Assembly: GCA_030265395.1 (NCBI GenBank)
Contig: JARFYF010000007.1
Span: forward strand, 62,637,767 to 62,701,766
Length of the DNA: 64,000 nucleotides
Direction of reading: 5' to 3'
Origin: Rhina ancylostomus
Taxonomy: Eukaryota
The notes beneath the pieces were generated by a model that was not told the DNA's origin, searched no databases, and saw nothing but the letters and a program-made list of their open reading frames with translations. The position numbers and the translations under genes were made by a program. This document shows positions 10,260-24,290 of this stretch, in pieces (the stretch's first letter is position 1; every line of letters begins with the position of its first letter).

Positions 10260-10790
10260 AGCATCCCAAGTACTCTTGATCTCCCTGGGTGACAGTGGCC
10301 TACAAACTGAAACTCAACATTACTCTACTTGCTGCTGATTCCACCCCACCATCATCAACATCCCTGTGTGGGCCTTCCCATCTCACCCAACTCCACATTA
10401 TTTTCCTGGCTTCCCCAGTCCAGCGCATCCCCCATGCATGTTCACACCAGCCTCTCCAATCCTGCACCCTCCCCTACCACCGACCATGCCTATCATTATG
10501 CTCATCTTCCCCATCTCCCTCACTCCAAACTATGCCTGCTATTCCACTCCCTACAAGGACTATCCAGTCCCAAGCTATTACTTCCTTACTATGTTCTAAC
10601 ACACCTTGAGTACTCCAACTCTTTCCCCACCCTGCTCTACAACCACATAGCCTTCTGTCTGAGCCCAGCCTCAGGAGAGGAGTAATAGGCTGCATGATTT
10701 TGAGCACAAAATGACACAAATCCCAATATCTCCTCTTCCCACTGCCTCGGTCTGTTTTTCTATATTTCAGATGTGAAAAATAATCTGCTT
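10260..10790 (+). mobile_element. Very old L2-like LINE fragment
   Basis: C-rich composition with weak L2 RT-like stretches (LKLNIT, LEYSNS). Confidence 0.35.
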
Positions 10791-11329
10791 GAACAATAAT
10801 CTCTCTTTATACATTAAAAAAAAATTTTTTCTTTGTTTCTCTGGATCTACACATAGAGAGGTATCATGGACTCCCACCAGGCAAGGAAGTGAAGGGAGGT
10901 TGTGTGTTAGTTTTCAGGACCTGAAGTCACAGAAGAAATACATGCAGATGATTCAGATAAGGGTTACATAGGCAAAGGCTGATATCTATGTATATTGAGA
11001 TGCTTGGGCCATTGTCAGGACTACTTGAGAGCCTGCCTAAAGGAAAATGAAGGACTCTAGCTCTTATCTTAATCATAGGTTTGTATGGAGTCTGGATTCC
11101 ATCCTTGCCAGTATTCTTCCCATCGCTGTGTCAACACTCATGGATCCAACCATGTACAGTATGTAATAGCTAAAGTCTGCAGCATAGACAAAAGACTGTA
11201 CCTGTCATGGATCTTTATTTGGTTTTCAAGGAGCATGCTCCTAAGCTGAAGCAGTCTATTGTCTAACAGATTACATGGAACATTCATAAATATTCAATAA
11301 CAGTGATGGTTTTGATATGCAGAATGCAC

Positions 11330-11700
11330 AGGGAGTGGGAGATGGATGTTAGGTCTATGAACCATCGGCATAGCAATCCAGTTATGCTGAGAAACTCCTG
11401 GCACTTCAGCAGACCTTGCCATTTCCTGGGACCCAGGCTTCCGGCTCATTCAGAGGATCCAATGGCAGTCTCAACAATTCGCTTTGTGGCTTCCAGCCTG
11501 TAGCTGTAATTGCATTTCCAAGAGTTCAGTCAGGAGGAAGGAGCCATGGATATAGTAAGTGACTACAGCATCTGTCTGAAATATGACAGGAATGACTAAC
11601 TGCTTCAGAATAAAGTCACATGTACTTCCTGGGGTGAGAGTTATTGGAGGTAACCATGAAGAGGTATTGGAGGTGGTCACATATGATCTCCATTTTCTGT
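11330..11700 (-). mobile_element. Decayed Harbinger transposase
   Basis: TPGSTCDFILKQLVIPVIF (cf. YPGSxHDxFILRQSxxP) and ATKRIVETAIG (cf. TRxxIExTIGxLK). Confidence 0.6.
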
Positions 11701-14700
11701 AACTGATATCTTCTTCTATTGATACTCAGCTTTGGGTTCATAAATTAAGCCCTAAGTGCCAGATATCTGCTGTGTATTGTTCCTTGAATTGTCTAGAAGC
11801 TCACAATCTAGCCATATGTAAGTGTAAGCCTGATCTCCTCTTCTCGATGAATAGGTGATAAATAAATCTTCTTGAACTTGCAACAGGAATATTACAACGA
11901 CCATTGCTGGCACCTCTCACGTCAAAAACAGCCCAGGGCCAAATAAATGACAGCAATGACTTAGCCTTGACATTTTTCTTTGCATTTTGCAATAATGACA
12001 CATATGAATGTTTCCACTGTAACATTTAAGNNNNNNNNNNNNNNNNNNNNNNNNNNNNNNNNNNNNNNNNNNNNNNNNNNNNNNNNNNNNNNNNNNNNNN
12101 NNNNNNNNNNNNNNNNNNNNNNNNNNNNNNGGAATTGTCAATGCTTCGGGTTGAAACTAGTCCTGAAAGTCGACAATTCCTCTCCCCTCACAGATGCTGC
12201 TCAACTCGCTAAGTTCCTCCAGTGATTTGTTTGTTGTTCCTTGAGCAGACAGTTTCTGTGACATCATGACTACACAAATGCAGCTATAGGCTGCAAACTG
12301 CAATACTGGGATATTGGAGAGCAGTGCTCAGAGTGACACTGACCTTCACTTCCATATAGAGAGCAGTCCAGAGCCACGTGCATGGCAGATCTCTGCCCCT
12401 ACTTTTAAAATTCTAAGCCTCTAGATTTGTAAAAGAAATTAGAAGGCAAGAGAGGAAAACCTTCCAGTCTGAAACTGCACTCCAGATTAACACAATGATT
12501 TGAATTCCAAATGAAACTTCCAAAAACTTGCAAGTAACTGCCAGTCTTTTTACTAGTACAAGTAAGGGGCATATTCTTGCTGTTCATACCTGATCTCCCA
12601 CTTTGTGTTGGATATAAATGGGCCATTTAACAGGACACAGGTCAAATGTGCACATGGCAGTGATTGACATCACTGCTGTTTCTGCCATGTGCATGTGATG
12701 CAAATATAGAAGCATGATCAGATCTTCCAATGTCTGCAAGATGCACTATAATCCATCACTGGCAATTAGCTTTACTGATAATTGGGACATGTGGAACACT
12801 CACGTCTGTGATCACATTTCTGAGCTACAATTTTTGCAGATAATATAACATATTATTATCATGATAAAATTGGCCCAGCATCCCATTCTGTAAATATAGG
12901 GGCAAGAGAATTCTGCAAAGATCTCTGTCACTGATTGCATTTGAGTGCCTCCTGCTTGTAAGTGAACATTTACAGTAGGAGGAAGTAGGCAGGATCAGGT
13001 AAAATTGTGATAGCTCCACAAATAGCCTGCTGATACTCATCATTCAACTTCAGACAGATGGGTCAGTAAAAGTATTTCAGTTACTGGACCAATGGCCTTG
13101 GAATACAGGGCCTTTATATATAGTTAAATAAATCAGCAATAATAAAAAAACTATCTTCAACAATGATAAAACATGACATTTAATCTAATGGATTGTTTTA
13201 AAAACCCATCTAATTCAGTTCCAATCACTGAACTAGAGATATCATTGGCAATGCTTTTAATCAGATATGATTGGAATGTTCAGACAACTAGTGAAATTGC
13301 ATCAATTCTATGAATCTCAGGGAAATAAAACCAGGATAATTCTCCACCTTTCATATGTAGAGGAGATGCATCAGAGATTATTCCAATTTTACAGAACTGA
13401 GATTGTGCTGCTCAGTTAATATCTTCACAAATTATATTGCTATAAATATCACTGTGATATGAAGACACATAAGAAGGAAAATTTTCCAGATCATAACATC
13501 TTACTGCAGACAGCCAAGAAATTTAAATTTACTATGCTGGCTTTGAAAATTATTGTACTCATAGCAGGTTCCAATCAATGAGAACCTTTCAGCTATGAAC
13601 TCTTCTCTTACAGACTTGTATTCCTTGGGGCTTTATTTGTTGGTCTTTCTGTGAATGTTTTTTTAATACATGAAAGACCTTTTAGAGAACATCACTAAGT
13701 GTAAGCAGATTTGTATGCATGGCTGCATTTGGTATTTGACACCACTGTCTCCACAGTCAATTTAAATGAAGTGCCTAATGATGTTATTTAGAATAAATCC
13801 TGAATAAAGCCAAGGAAAATGGTATTTACAAGGCCTCCCGCTGAGGAAACAGATTATCTCTCACTTCCGAAAATGTTTATCTCGAGAGTCAACCGTTGGG
13901 CATCGAGGATAAACAAAGACTGTATGTGTTAAGGATAAATCTTCAGTCAATACAAAAATGAGAGCAGGGTAAGGATCTGCATGCTGTTTAAATATCCTGT
14001 TTAAATGTTCCACTCAGTGAAAGATCGCAATTCGTGCTGAGGTCTAAACTGATTCAGTCCAGGGCATATTAAGTCATCCTCTTAAATGTATACCCTGAAT
14101 TTTGATGAACATTTTAAATATTCCAGGAAATTCAATATTAGATATTTTAATCAAACAAATGTGAAAACCTCATTTGGTAATAGCATTATAACCAATCCAG
14201 AGTAATGTAAACATAATGTTCAGACTTAAATATCCACCCCTGATGAGACTGGAATGAGCAAAGTATTTTTTGGTGCATTTTCACCATACCATTTCAAAAC
14301 CAGAGTCTGAGAATGGCCTGGAGGAGTTTGCATCAGACTCACATTTAGCTCATTAATAAGTAAAAATATCTTCAATTGCATCTGAGAGCTTGAAGTTGAT
14401 TGTGTAACACAAACTGTTGAAGCAATCAGTGACATCAAGTGGCAAATAAGAGTGGGGCCACTGTGCTATATAAAAAATAGTAAAAAAAATCTTTTAGTGA
14501 AATCATTTGTCTTAACAACTTTGGTGTTTTCTCTGGCATATTTCCACACCAAGTCCCTGCAATCACCCATTTCAATTTAGTTGCAATATATGTAACAAAA
14601 AGTTTTATCTCTAGACAAGGAAAGCCTATCAGAAAGGGGTTTTAATTTGTCTTGAGGAAATACTTAAGTGTTGTGGAATGTGATGGAAGGGGAAGGAATT

Positions 14701-14769
14701 CAGGCAGCTATTAGAAATCACCAAAATTAGAAAAAAAATATCAGGGCTTATGAGAATTCACTGTTTTGA

Positions 14770-15130
14770 AAGAGTCATCTGAACAACAAATTCACAGTTC
14801 AATGAAACCAGGAAATTACTGCCTGAGTGATCTTGTCCCACCGAAAGTATCCTCTTTCACAACTCCAACGCACCTGATCAATATATCCAATAGGATCATT
14901 CTTCAGCATACAATTAGGATATTCAAGCAGCATTCTGGATGTCTTGTTCAGTCTGGGTCACCCTTTAATAAGCTGCAGAAAAAACATTGGCTCCATCTAG
15001 ATAGTGGGATGAATCTTTAATAATTGGAGAGCTACCTGTCACAACTTCAGCCATCATTTGGTGGAAATATAGCAAAAGCAACAGTCCTCATCAGATGTGC
15101 ATGAAGGTGAGGAAGAAGAAGAAACAATAT
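14770..15130 (+). mobile_element. Decayed Harbinger transposase C-terminus
   Basis: NRIILQHTIRIFKQHSGCLVQSGSP (cf. TRxIIEQTIGxLKQRFRCLDRSGG), CHNF, acidic tail EGEEEEE. Confidence 0.65.
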
Positions 15131-17077
15131 AATTTGGACTTGGTTATGACTATTTTATAATGACCCCAGTTTGAATGTCAACATCCTTTGCTTCAAGAAT
15201 GTTTAAAATACATCTAATTCTGATTTTGGGTTGGGCCACTTCTCAGACATTCCACAGCACCTGCATGATAAGGAACTGCAACTGTAAAGGAACTCTTGCC
15301 AAAACTAATAAGGGTCCTAACATTGGTTTACAGAACTCTCAGGGGAATTTGCAGCACCAAGCAATGCTTACACGAATTTTAAAGTTTTGATATAGCTAAC
15401 CCAGTGTCTGCCACCAAAATGATAAATAATATTTTCTAAAAATTGTGGTTGAATTAATTGGAACAGGAGTGTTATTCTTAACTTTCACAGCCCTCATGCT
15501 GGCTCTTGTTGGCTCCAATTGGCCCCTTTCTTACTCCTCTCTATGCTCTCTGACATTTACCTCTGGACTGTTAATTCAAAATTGTTTTCTGTATTGCAGA
15601 GCTACCTGCCATGATGTGAAAAGCCATATCATTTATGGCACTCAATTCTGGGCAGATCTTAGAATTGCCAGTTAAGTTGCTGAATCCTAATCAAAAACCG
15701 GCAAAGATGAATTTCGAGACTTGGGGGAGCATCCAGGAAGAGCCATTGTTAATTCAATGTATTGCACTAAAGGACAGAGTCATAGAGTCACACAGCATAG
15801 AAACAAGACCTTTGTCCCAACCTGTCCATGCTGACCATCAAAAATTCATCAATATTATGACAGAGTTAAATCCTTAGTAACTCCAATGTGTTGGTCCTCA
15901 AAAATACTGAGAGCCGGTCTCTGTTAACAGTTCTTCTCATTCGTAACTGGATAAGCAATCAAACATATCAGGCACCTTCTTTATCAATAATATTCTGACA
16001 ATTAAATTTGGAAACTGTTATTAACACGACAGATCGAACTTTAATGTGATTCATTTCATGACAACATTTATAATTGGCTATCATTCATTTCACACCAGTG
16101 AGGAATCCATATTGCTTTACCTAAAGGAAAAGTTACAAGGAAGGTGTTAGTCCTGCAATATACCAATGCCAGTGAGGCTCACTTTGGAACTCATTAGATG
16201 CTTACAGCCAAGGATTTTGTGTTATCAAGTACATTGAGGCTTGGCTGTGGACTGTACATCCTTGGCTACTGCCAAGGCAGTTTGGCCCAGCAAACTTATT
16301 GGCAACATAGTGAGTACAGGTGGAATAAATGAAGAGGTATTAGCAATGCTGACATCCTGAAAAATGGCAGCATTTGGTGTTTCCAATGTCCTACCATTGC
16401 TGTCATGGAGCCGGGGGCTTATCACTAACAATGACTTGTGGAGAAAAAGATTGCATGTGGATGATTTTGTTACAGGCTTTATATGTTTCATTGATCTTTG
16501 CATTTTATGGTAGCAATTTCAGTATCCTCCACAATTCAAATGGTAGGTGATATTGAATCACTATGAGAATTTGACGGTAGTGTCTCGAGGGAATGTTGTA
16601 CATTCAATGGCAGAATGAACATTGCAAGATCACACCATGCTAGCTGAAAGCAGACAACTCTGCAACAGCGGGAAATCCATGGCAAGCTTTTCAAATTCAT
16701 AAGAAGAAGTAGTGTGGAAAATCCTATTTGACTATTTCAAAACAAGCACCTGTATTAAATTATTCAACCTTTATTGAGATAGTAAAAATCAATTGTAAGT
16801 TACAAGGTCTTGAGTGGCGAGAGGACTTTACTGGGAGAAAGGGGTGAAAAGTAACATTTCTAGTACTAGATCGGGAACTAAGTCCTGATCAAGCTAGCAT
16901 ACAGCATTAAAATGATAGATACACATAAATATTTTAAACCATTTTCATATTCATTCATGGGATATTGCCATCACTGGCAAGATCCATATCTGTTGTCCAT
17001 CCCTAATTACTCGCTGGAACATTTCAGGGACTACAAACAAAATACTGCAGAGGCTAGAAATATTCACCACATAAATA

Positions 17078-17365
17078 GGTGCAGCACTGTGTAGCACCTG
17101 GTAGAGCTACGATCTCACAGCTCCAGTGAATCAGGATCAACCCTGACCTTGTGAGCCATCTATAGGGAGTTTGCAGGCTCACCCTATGATCACATAGGTT
17201 TCCCCCGGATACTCTGGTTTCGTCCCACACCCCAAAGCTGTTAGATTAATTTACCATTGTAAATTGCTTCTGAGTGTGTGAGGGAGTTTATGGAAATTCA
17301 GTGAGAAGGAAATGACATCAAAATAGTTGTGTGCTTTATAGTCAGCATGGACTTGGTAAACCAAA
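17078..17365 (+). mobile_element. tRNA-derived SINE (HE1-like), older copy
   Basis: GTGTAGCACCTGGTAGAGCT..CTCACAGCTCCAG..ATCAACCCTGACC head; body GGTTTCCCCCGGATACTCTGGTTTCGTCCCACACCCCAAAG. Confidence 0.75.
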
Positions 17366-17367
17366 GA

Positions 17368-17925
17368 TTCATAGAGAATCATTGAGTTATACAGCAATGA
17401 AACAGGTCCTTCTGCCCAACTTGTCCATGCCAACCAGGTTGCCTAACTAAGCTAATTCCATTTACCTGCACAGGCACCCATATGTCTCTAAACATTTCCT
17501 ATTCATGTACCTGTCAAAATTCTTTTAAAATGTTTAATTGTTCCCATCTCTACCACTTCCTCTGCAGCTTGTTCTATATACCCACTAACCTCTGTGTGAA
17601 AATCTTGCCCTCAGATCCCCTGTAAATCCTTCCCCTCTCACCTTAACCTCTGACTTCTAGTTTTAACCTCCCCTACCCAGGGAAAAGACTGTGACTATCG
17701 ACCCTATCTCTGCCCCTCATGATTTTGTAAACCTTTATAAGGTCACACCTCAGCCTCCTTCACTCAAGGGAAAAAAGTCTCATCCTGTCTGGTCTCTCCT
17801 TATAACTCAAGCCCTCCAGTCCTGGCAATATTGTTGTGAATCCTTTCTGAACCCTCTCAAGCTGAACCACATCCTTCCTACAGTATGGCAACTAGGACTG
17901 CATGCAATACTCCAAGTGTAGTCTA
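17368..17925 (-). mobile_element. CR1 (HER1-like) LINE 3' end
   Basis: CATAGAG..ATACAGCA..GAAACAGG.CCTT tail; ACC CTCTGTGTGAAAA..TTGCCC; CCAGTCCTGGCAATATT; CAATACTCCAAGTG. Confidence 0.8.
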
Positions 17926-17929
17926 AAAT

Positions 17930-19390
17930 TGGTAAACTGGTTTATTAATGTCACTTGTACTGAGGTACAGGGGAAAACTTGTCTTGCATACTGATCATAC
18001 AGATCAATTCATTACACAGTGCATTGAGGTAGTACAAGGTAAAACAACAGATTGCAGATTACGTGTATCAGCTACAGAGAAAGTGTAATGCAGGCAGACG
18101 ATAAAGTGCAAGATCTTAACGAAGTAGATTCTCAGATCGAGAGTCCATCTTAGTAAGTGCTTAAGGCTGGAGGAACTTCGGCTCAGAGTAGATGAGCTGG
18201 AGTCCCAGCTACAAACACTGAGCAGCATTAGGGAGAGGGAAAGTTATGTGGACACGGTGCATCAGGAGACAGTCACCCCCCTTAGAGCAGGTACTTCTGG
18301 GATTCAGGTGACAGAATGGTGACTGTCAGGGGAGGGAAGAGGAAGAAGAAGTCAGACAGGCAGGTGGAGCAGGGAACCCCGGAGGCTGCTCCCCTCAGAA
18401 ACAGCTTTTCCGCCTTGGAGGCTGTTGAGGGGGATGACCTGCAGGGGCCTAGGTCTCTGGCACTGGGACTGGTACTGCTGCTCAGAAGGGAAGGGTGGGA
18501 AAGACACATGTGGCAGTGATGGGGACTCGACAGTCAGGGAAACAGATAGGAGGTTCTGTGGCAGTGAACATGAGACCTGGAAGTATGTTGCCTCCCAGGT
18601 GNNNNNNNNNNNNNNNNNNNNNNNNNNNNNNNNNNNNNNNNNNNNNNNNNNNNNNNNNNNNNNNNNNNNNNNNNNNNNNNNNNNNNNNNNNNNNNNNNNN
18701 NCTGGATTAGAGCGTATGGAATATGAGGAGAGGCTTAAGGTGCTAGGGCTTTTCTCACTGGAGAGGAGGAGGAGGAGGATGAGGGGAGACATGATATTGG
18801 TGTATAAAATATTGAGAGGGATAGATACAGACAGCGCCTCTTTCCCAGGGCACCAACACTCAAGACAAGAGGGCATGGATTTAAGGTTATGGGTGGGGAG
18901 ATGTCAGAGGGAGGTTTTTCACCCAGAGAGTGGTGGGTGCATGGAATGTGCTGCCTGGGGTGGTGGTGGAGGCAGATACATTGGACAGGTTCAAGAGGTT
19001 GTTGGACAGGCATTTGGAGGAATGTGTGATAGAGGCATATGTGGGAGGAAAGGGTTAGATGGTGTGAGGTGTGGTTTGATGGGTGGCACAACACAGTGGG
19101 CCGAAGGCCTATATTGTGCTGGATTGTTCTCTGGTTCTATGGTTATTGTACTAGAGAACCATTCAATAATCTTATAACTGTGGGATAGAAGCCGTCCTTG
19201 AGCTTGGTGAAGGCTTTTGCATCTTCTGCCCAATGGGAGAGGGGAGAAGAGAGAATGTCTGGGGTGGGTGGGGTCTTTAATTATGCTGGCCGCTTTACTG
19301 AGGCAGTGAGAAATATAGACAGAGTCCATGGAGGGAGTGCTGGTTTCTGTGATGCGCTAAGCTGTGTCCACAACTCTCTGCAGTTCCTTG
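17930..19390 (-). mobile_element. Rex1/Babar-like LINE 3' part, split by a CR1 insertion (pieces 17930-18150 and 19145-19390)
   Basis: MDSVYISHCLSKAASIIKDPTHPRHSLFSPLPLGRRCKS. Tail GGTTTATTAATGTCACTTGTAC..GAAAAACTTGTCTTGCATAC, also seen at 37690-37805. Confidence 0.75.
18152..19143 (+). mobile_element. CR1 LINE: ORF1 (coiled coil + SGNH esterase start), assembly gap, ORF2 C-terminus/3' UTR
   Basis: CLRLEELRLRVDELESQLQTL, PLRNSFSALEAVEGDDL, GDSTVRETDRRFCG. After the gap: GLERMEYEERLKVLGLFSLERRR.RGDMILVYKILRGID. The interior is collapsed in the gap. Confidence 0.85.
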
Positions 19391-19394
19391 CTTT

Positions 19395-21320
19395 GTATTA
19401 CTGTAACATGACAACCCAAATCCTGTACTGAATACCACAGCTGATAAAGGCAAACCTGCCATATGCCTTCTTCACCACCCTGTCTACCTGTGTTGCCACT
19501 TTTGGGGAACTATGCATGTGTAGCCCTGGGTTTCTCTGTTCAACAGGAGTCCATGCACTGACTATTTCCTGGCCTGGTTTAATTCCCAAAATATATCACT
19601 TCACACTTGACTGAATTAAATTCCATTTACCATTCCTTGGTCCATTTTCCCAGTTGATCAATATCCTGTTGTAACCTCAGACAGCCTTTTTCACTGTCCA
19701 CTACACAACCAGTTTTGGTGTCATCTTAACACTTCCTAATAATGTCACCTACATTCTCATCTAAGTCATTTATATATGACAAACAATAGGAGACCCAGCA
19801 CCAATCACTGGGGCACATCACTGGTCATAGGCCTCCAATCTGAGAAACAACCCTCCACTACCACACTTCGACTCCTAACACCAAGCCAATTTTGTATCCA
19901 ATTGGCTAGTTCTGTCTGGATCCCATGTGATCTAACCTTCCCAACTAGCCTACAATGTGGGACCTTGTCAAAGGCCTTAATGAAGTCCATGTAAACAACA
20001 TCTACCGCCCTGCCCTTGTCAATCCTCTTGGTCACCTCTTCAAAATACTTAATCAAATTCGTTGGATGTGATTTCCCATGAAAAAAGCTGTGCTGACTAT
20101 CCCTAATCAGTCCTTGCCTTTCCAAATGCAAACAAATCCTTTCTTTCAGAACCCATTCCAGTAAACTCCCCCCACCCCTGATGCTCCCTGTCCTGTAGTT
20201 CTCTGGCTTGTCATTGCAGCCCTTCTTAAATAAAGGCACAACATTAGCCGTCCTCTGATCTTCTGGTACTTTACCCATGGGTAATGAAGATAAATAATCT
20301 GTGCCAGGGCTCAAGCAATTTCATCCTTTACTTCCCACAATATCCTAGGATACACCTTGTCAGGCCCCAGGGATATTTTCCTCTTTTATGTGGCTCAAAA
20401 CCATCAACACCTCCTCTATCGCAATGTTGACATGTTTCACGATATCACTGCTCTCTTCCCTGAACTCATTAGCTTCTACGTCCTTCTCCAGGGTAAATAC
20501 AGATGAGAAGTATTCATTTAAGACCTCACCCATCTCCTATGGCTCCACACATAAACCACCACACTGATCCTTAAGGGGACCAACTTTCTCCCTGGTTACC
20601 CTTTTGCTCTCAATATACTTGGTAAGAATCTTCTTTACCTTCCGTGCCAAGGTTATCTCATGCCTTTTTCTTACTCTCCTGATTTCCTTAAGTGTATTCC
20701 TACATCTTATACTCCTCAAAGGACTTGCTTGATCCCAGCTGCCTAAACCTGACACGATTCCTTTTTCCTGACCAGGGCCTCAATATCCCTTGTCAGCCAG
20801 GGTTGCCTAATCCTGATAGCCTTGCCCTTTGCTCTAACAGAAACCTACTGGCCCTCAACTCTCCTTATCTTTCTTTTAAAATCCTCCCATTTGCCAGACA
20901 TCACTTTACCTGCTAACATTGTCTCCCGACCAACCTTTGCAGCTTCCTATTTAATGCCAACAAAATTAGTCTTGCCCAATTTAGGACTTTAATTTATGGA
21001 CCAGTCCTATCTTTTTCCACAGCTATTTTAAACTAATAGAATTATGGTCACTGGTCCCAAAGTGCTGATACATCAGCCACTTACCCAGCCTCATTTCTTG
21101 AGAGGAAGTCAAGGGGAGCCCTTTTTCTAAAGGGCATCTGCATACTTCAAGAAACTTTACTGGACACACTTAACAAATTCTGCCCCTTCTAATCCCTTAG
21201 CACTCTGGCAGTCCTGGTCAATATTAGGGAAGCTAAAATCACCTTCTATTGTAACCCTACTATTCCTACACCTTTCTGTGATTTACCTGCATATTTGCTC
21301 CTCTAATTCCCATTGAGTAT
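19395..21320 (-). mobile_element. CR1 LINE ORF2 (endonuclease-RT), decayed
   Basis: VPEDQRTANVVPLFKKG, GLIRDSQHSFFHGKS, AVDVVYMDFIKAFDKVPH, SDWRPMTSDVPQ, KVATQVDRVVKKAYG. Confidence 0.92.
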
Positions 21321-22469
21321 TTCTCTGCTATGTATTCTCAAGATCATGCAGTGTTTGTAGAGTGAGAAAATGGAGTTGTGGACCTTCATCAGAACTAAAG
21401 AGTTAATCACATTGGCAGGCCAGATTGTATAAGAGCAATAAGGTTTTGTTCCCTAAAGAATATCAGTGAACTACTATCTCATTGTTGTCATACTTCTACA
21501 GTAAAATATTGTAAATGAGGGAACCCAAGAAACTGAACATGCACTTATTCCCCCACACTATATTTTTTCCAATGCTCCACATCCCTGTCCAATCGTACTG
21601 TTCCAAGCACAGAAAATGACCTCCCTAATTCACTAAGATGCCTGAAACCCATTACTCTTCACCGACATTAATCCAGATTGCCACTGACCTGCTCCAGAAC
21701 CATTTCACTTACTGATTCTTATCACAACCTTTTATCTTCCGATGGACTTTGAAAAACACACTTACCACTGCTTGGAACAAACAAGTAAAAATCTCCTCTC
21801 CTACTACTGCTTGCACTTCCCTCCATGGGAGTGTGCACAACGCAATATCACTCTGCAGTGCAGCAGCCTTTGCCAATAACTCTCACTACCTCCTTTATAC
21901 TGTGCCATTGAGTTTCTGGGCACAGCAAGAGGTTAAACATGCATGCAAGTGACATCCAGCAGGTTGTCCACTAACTTCTGTGATGCAGTACATAGGCCAT
22001 GTGGCTGCAACTAACCAGTGGTTCTTAATGGATCCACTGACAAGCTGATTGTGCCTTCCAGCCCATTGCTCACTGTGAAACTTACCAATGTGCCTGTCTC
22101 TGTAGACTTGATGCTATGTCTGAAATGAAATACAAAATGCCTGGTGGATCANNNNNNNNNNNNNNNNNNNNNNNNNNNNNNNNNNNNNNNNNNNNNNNNN
22201 NNNNNNNNNNNNNNNNNNNNNNNNNNNNNNNNNNNNNNNNNNNNNNNNNNNNNNNNNNNNNNNNNNNNNNNNNNNNNNNNNNNNNNNNNNNNNNNNNNNN
22301 NNNNNNNNNNNNNNNNNNNNNNNNNNNNNNNNNNNNNNNNNNNNNNNNNNNNNNNNNNNNNNNNNNNNNNNNNNNNNNNNNNNNNNNNNNNNNNNNNNNN
22401 NNNNNNNNNNNNNNNNNNNNNNNNNNNNNNNNNNNNNNNNNNNNNNNNNNNNNNNNNNNNNNNNTAACC

Positions 22470-24069
22470 TGCTTAGAAATGAAACCATGGACAATTACCT
22501 GTTTTTATGTGCTGTCAGGAGCAGAGAGATCCTTTGGTACTCTCTAACCAGACCAAGCTGACAACTGAAGAGCTCATTCCTCAGAGACTGATTTATTTGT
22601 GGAATCCAGGAGGCAAGCGTAAGGAAACATGACCCTGAACCAACACCAGAAAATGATATTCAGACACACAAAGCTGTGAAGTTATCAAAAGGCAGATTAA
22701 AATTTTGGATGACGAGCGGAAGGAAGTGCGGGTAGAAATGTGTGAGACCAAAGCCAGAAAGGCCGCATTGATGTTTACAAGTATTATGAATGGCAACATA
22801 AGCAGATGAAAAATGCTTGGGTTTTTCAAGCATTTGAATGGAAAATCAGTTCATTTTTCCATGTTTCCTTAAGGCGTAGAATGAGGCCATTTCAGTTCAT
22901 CGAGTCTATACCAACTCACAGCACAATCCTATTCCACCCCACTGATTTTCCTTGTAAGCTATTCTCCTTACATTCCCAACATTTATGCAAAGAAACAGTC
23001 ATAATGTAAAGGAAACTTGAAATCCATGGTTTGGATAAGTTAAGCTCTGCAGGGAAAAATGACAAAATCAGTTTCAGAATATCAGTTGGAAGCAATGTAT
23101 TGGTACCAAATGAAGTCAATTTTGTTGAAGGAACATCCAATAGATGTATCTGTGCCAAGATGTTGGTGCAAAGCCCTAGTAACCTGAAGCAAGCCATCAA
23201 TCTCATGACAGTGCTGTTAAAGCCAATAAATTAAAGGCTGTCAATGCATGATAAGACTACACTGAAGCCTGTTAGAAGTTGCTCTCTGAAACTGGCCGTT
23301 CCAAAAAAATCAATGATGTGGATTTCATCACAGTAGACCAGAAAGAATTCACATTTAAACTTGGAAGTTTTACAGTACAGCAGATGGGACAGACAAAGGT
23401 ACATTGTGACAAATCATGAAGATTGCTTCAATGCAAGTAACCATTTCAATCATTCAACTTGTGGATTCCTTTCATGGAACTGGGAAAGCAGAAGGCAATA
23501 TTATCAAGTCACAGATGAGAGCAAAAGGCATCATCAAGGAAAAATGTAATGCTGGGTTGGAGACACTGAATAGGATAAAAATAGTAGCCCTAGCAGCCAA
23601 AAGAAGACAGGTACACTATTGCTTTAGAGATGCCAAAGGGATGCCAACACTATGAGTTAGAGACACATATTAGCCCATATTAGACCAGTTCCAGATATGA
23701 CAGAGGTGACTCAACACACACCACACCCCAGATCATTACAAGATCATGATGGAGGGGGTATCCTATATCAGAGGATCAGCTATCACCTGCACAAGATTTC
23801 AAGAGACTTGCTTGACAGAAGCAGATGAGGAAGCTGCACCACTAACCTTCCAGAATTGGAGCACCTCAGCTAGACAACAAACCCTTGGAGAACCAGTTTG
23901 GTCAATTCAACTCTGGTCCTCACTCTGGAAGACATTGATCCAGAATAATATAAAATGTAATTTGCAAGTACTTTGGGCTTTTTTTTCATTTTTTTTAAGC
24001 CAAGAAAGTAAGATATAAACTGCATGTAATACTAGTTGGTACCACTTTAAGAACTGCTTCATGCGACCA

Positions 24070-24116
<47 letters not shown>

Positions 24117-24290
24117 CATTGGTTAATGTGAAACTTGCTTGAGAGTCTGTCTGTCTGTGGATAAAACCACAGTAAAAAGAATGCTGCCTTGACCACTGAG
24201 CTTTGCTTTCCTAATAAAATACTCTTGTTGTTAGTTTCAATTATCAACTGTTTTCCAGTGGCTTAGAGAATCATAAATTGACTCACATGT
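22470..24290 (+). mobile_element. Decayed Ty3/Gypsy element (gag-pro-RT start, internal deletion, 3' LTR ~24010-24290)
   Basis: LRD*FICGIQEASVRK...KAVKLSK (gag), MHDKTTLKPV..VDFITVDQ (protease region), DSFHGTGKAEG, DHYKI, ADEEAAPLT (RT start). The LTR matches ~36745-37000 on the opposite strand. SINE fragment at ~22870-22980. Confidence 0.65.
24073..24112 (+). repeat. (TC)n microsatellite, about 20 units
   Basis: Direct reading. Confidence 0.95.

Noticed and set aside
13614-13700. Acceptor-like TCTTCTCTTACAG followed by hydrophobic LVFLGALFVGLSVNVFLI
   Set aside because: Ends in a stop before the donor, is T-rich by composition and has no homology I can recognise.
22114-22547. Long ORFs in the track that span N runs (also 52677-53315 and others)
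   Set aside because: Artefacts of translating assembly gaps.
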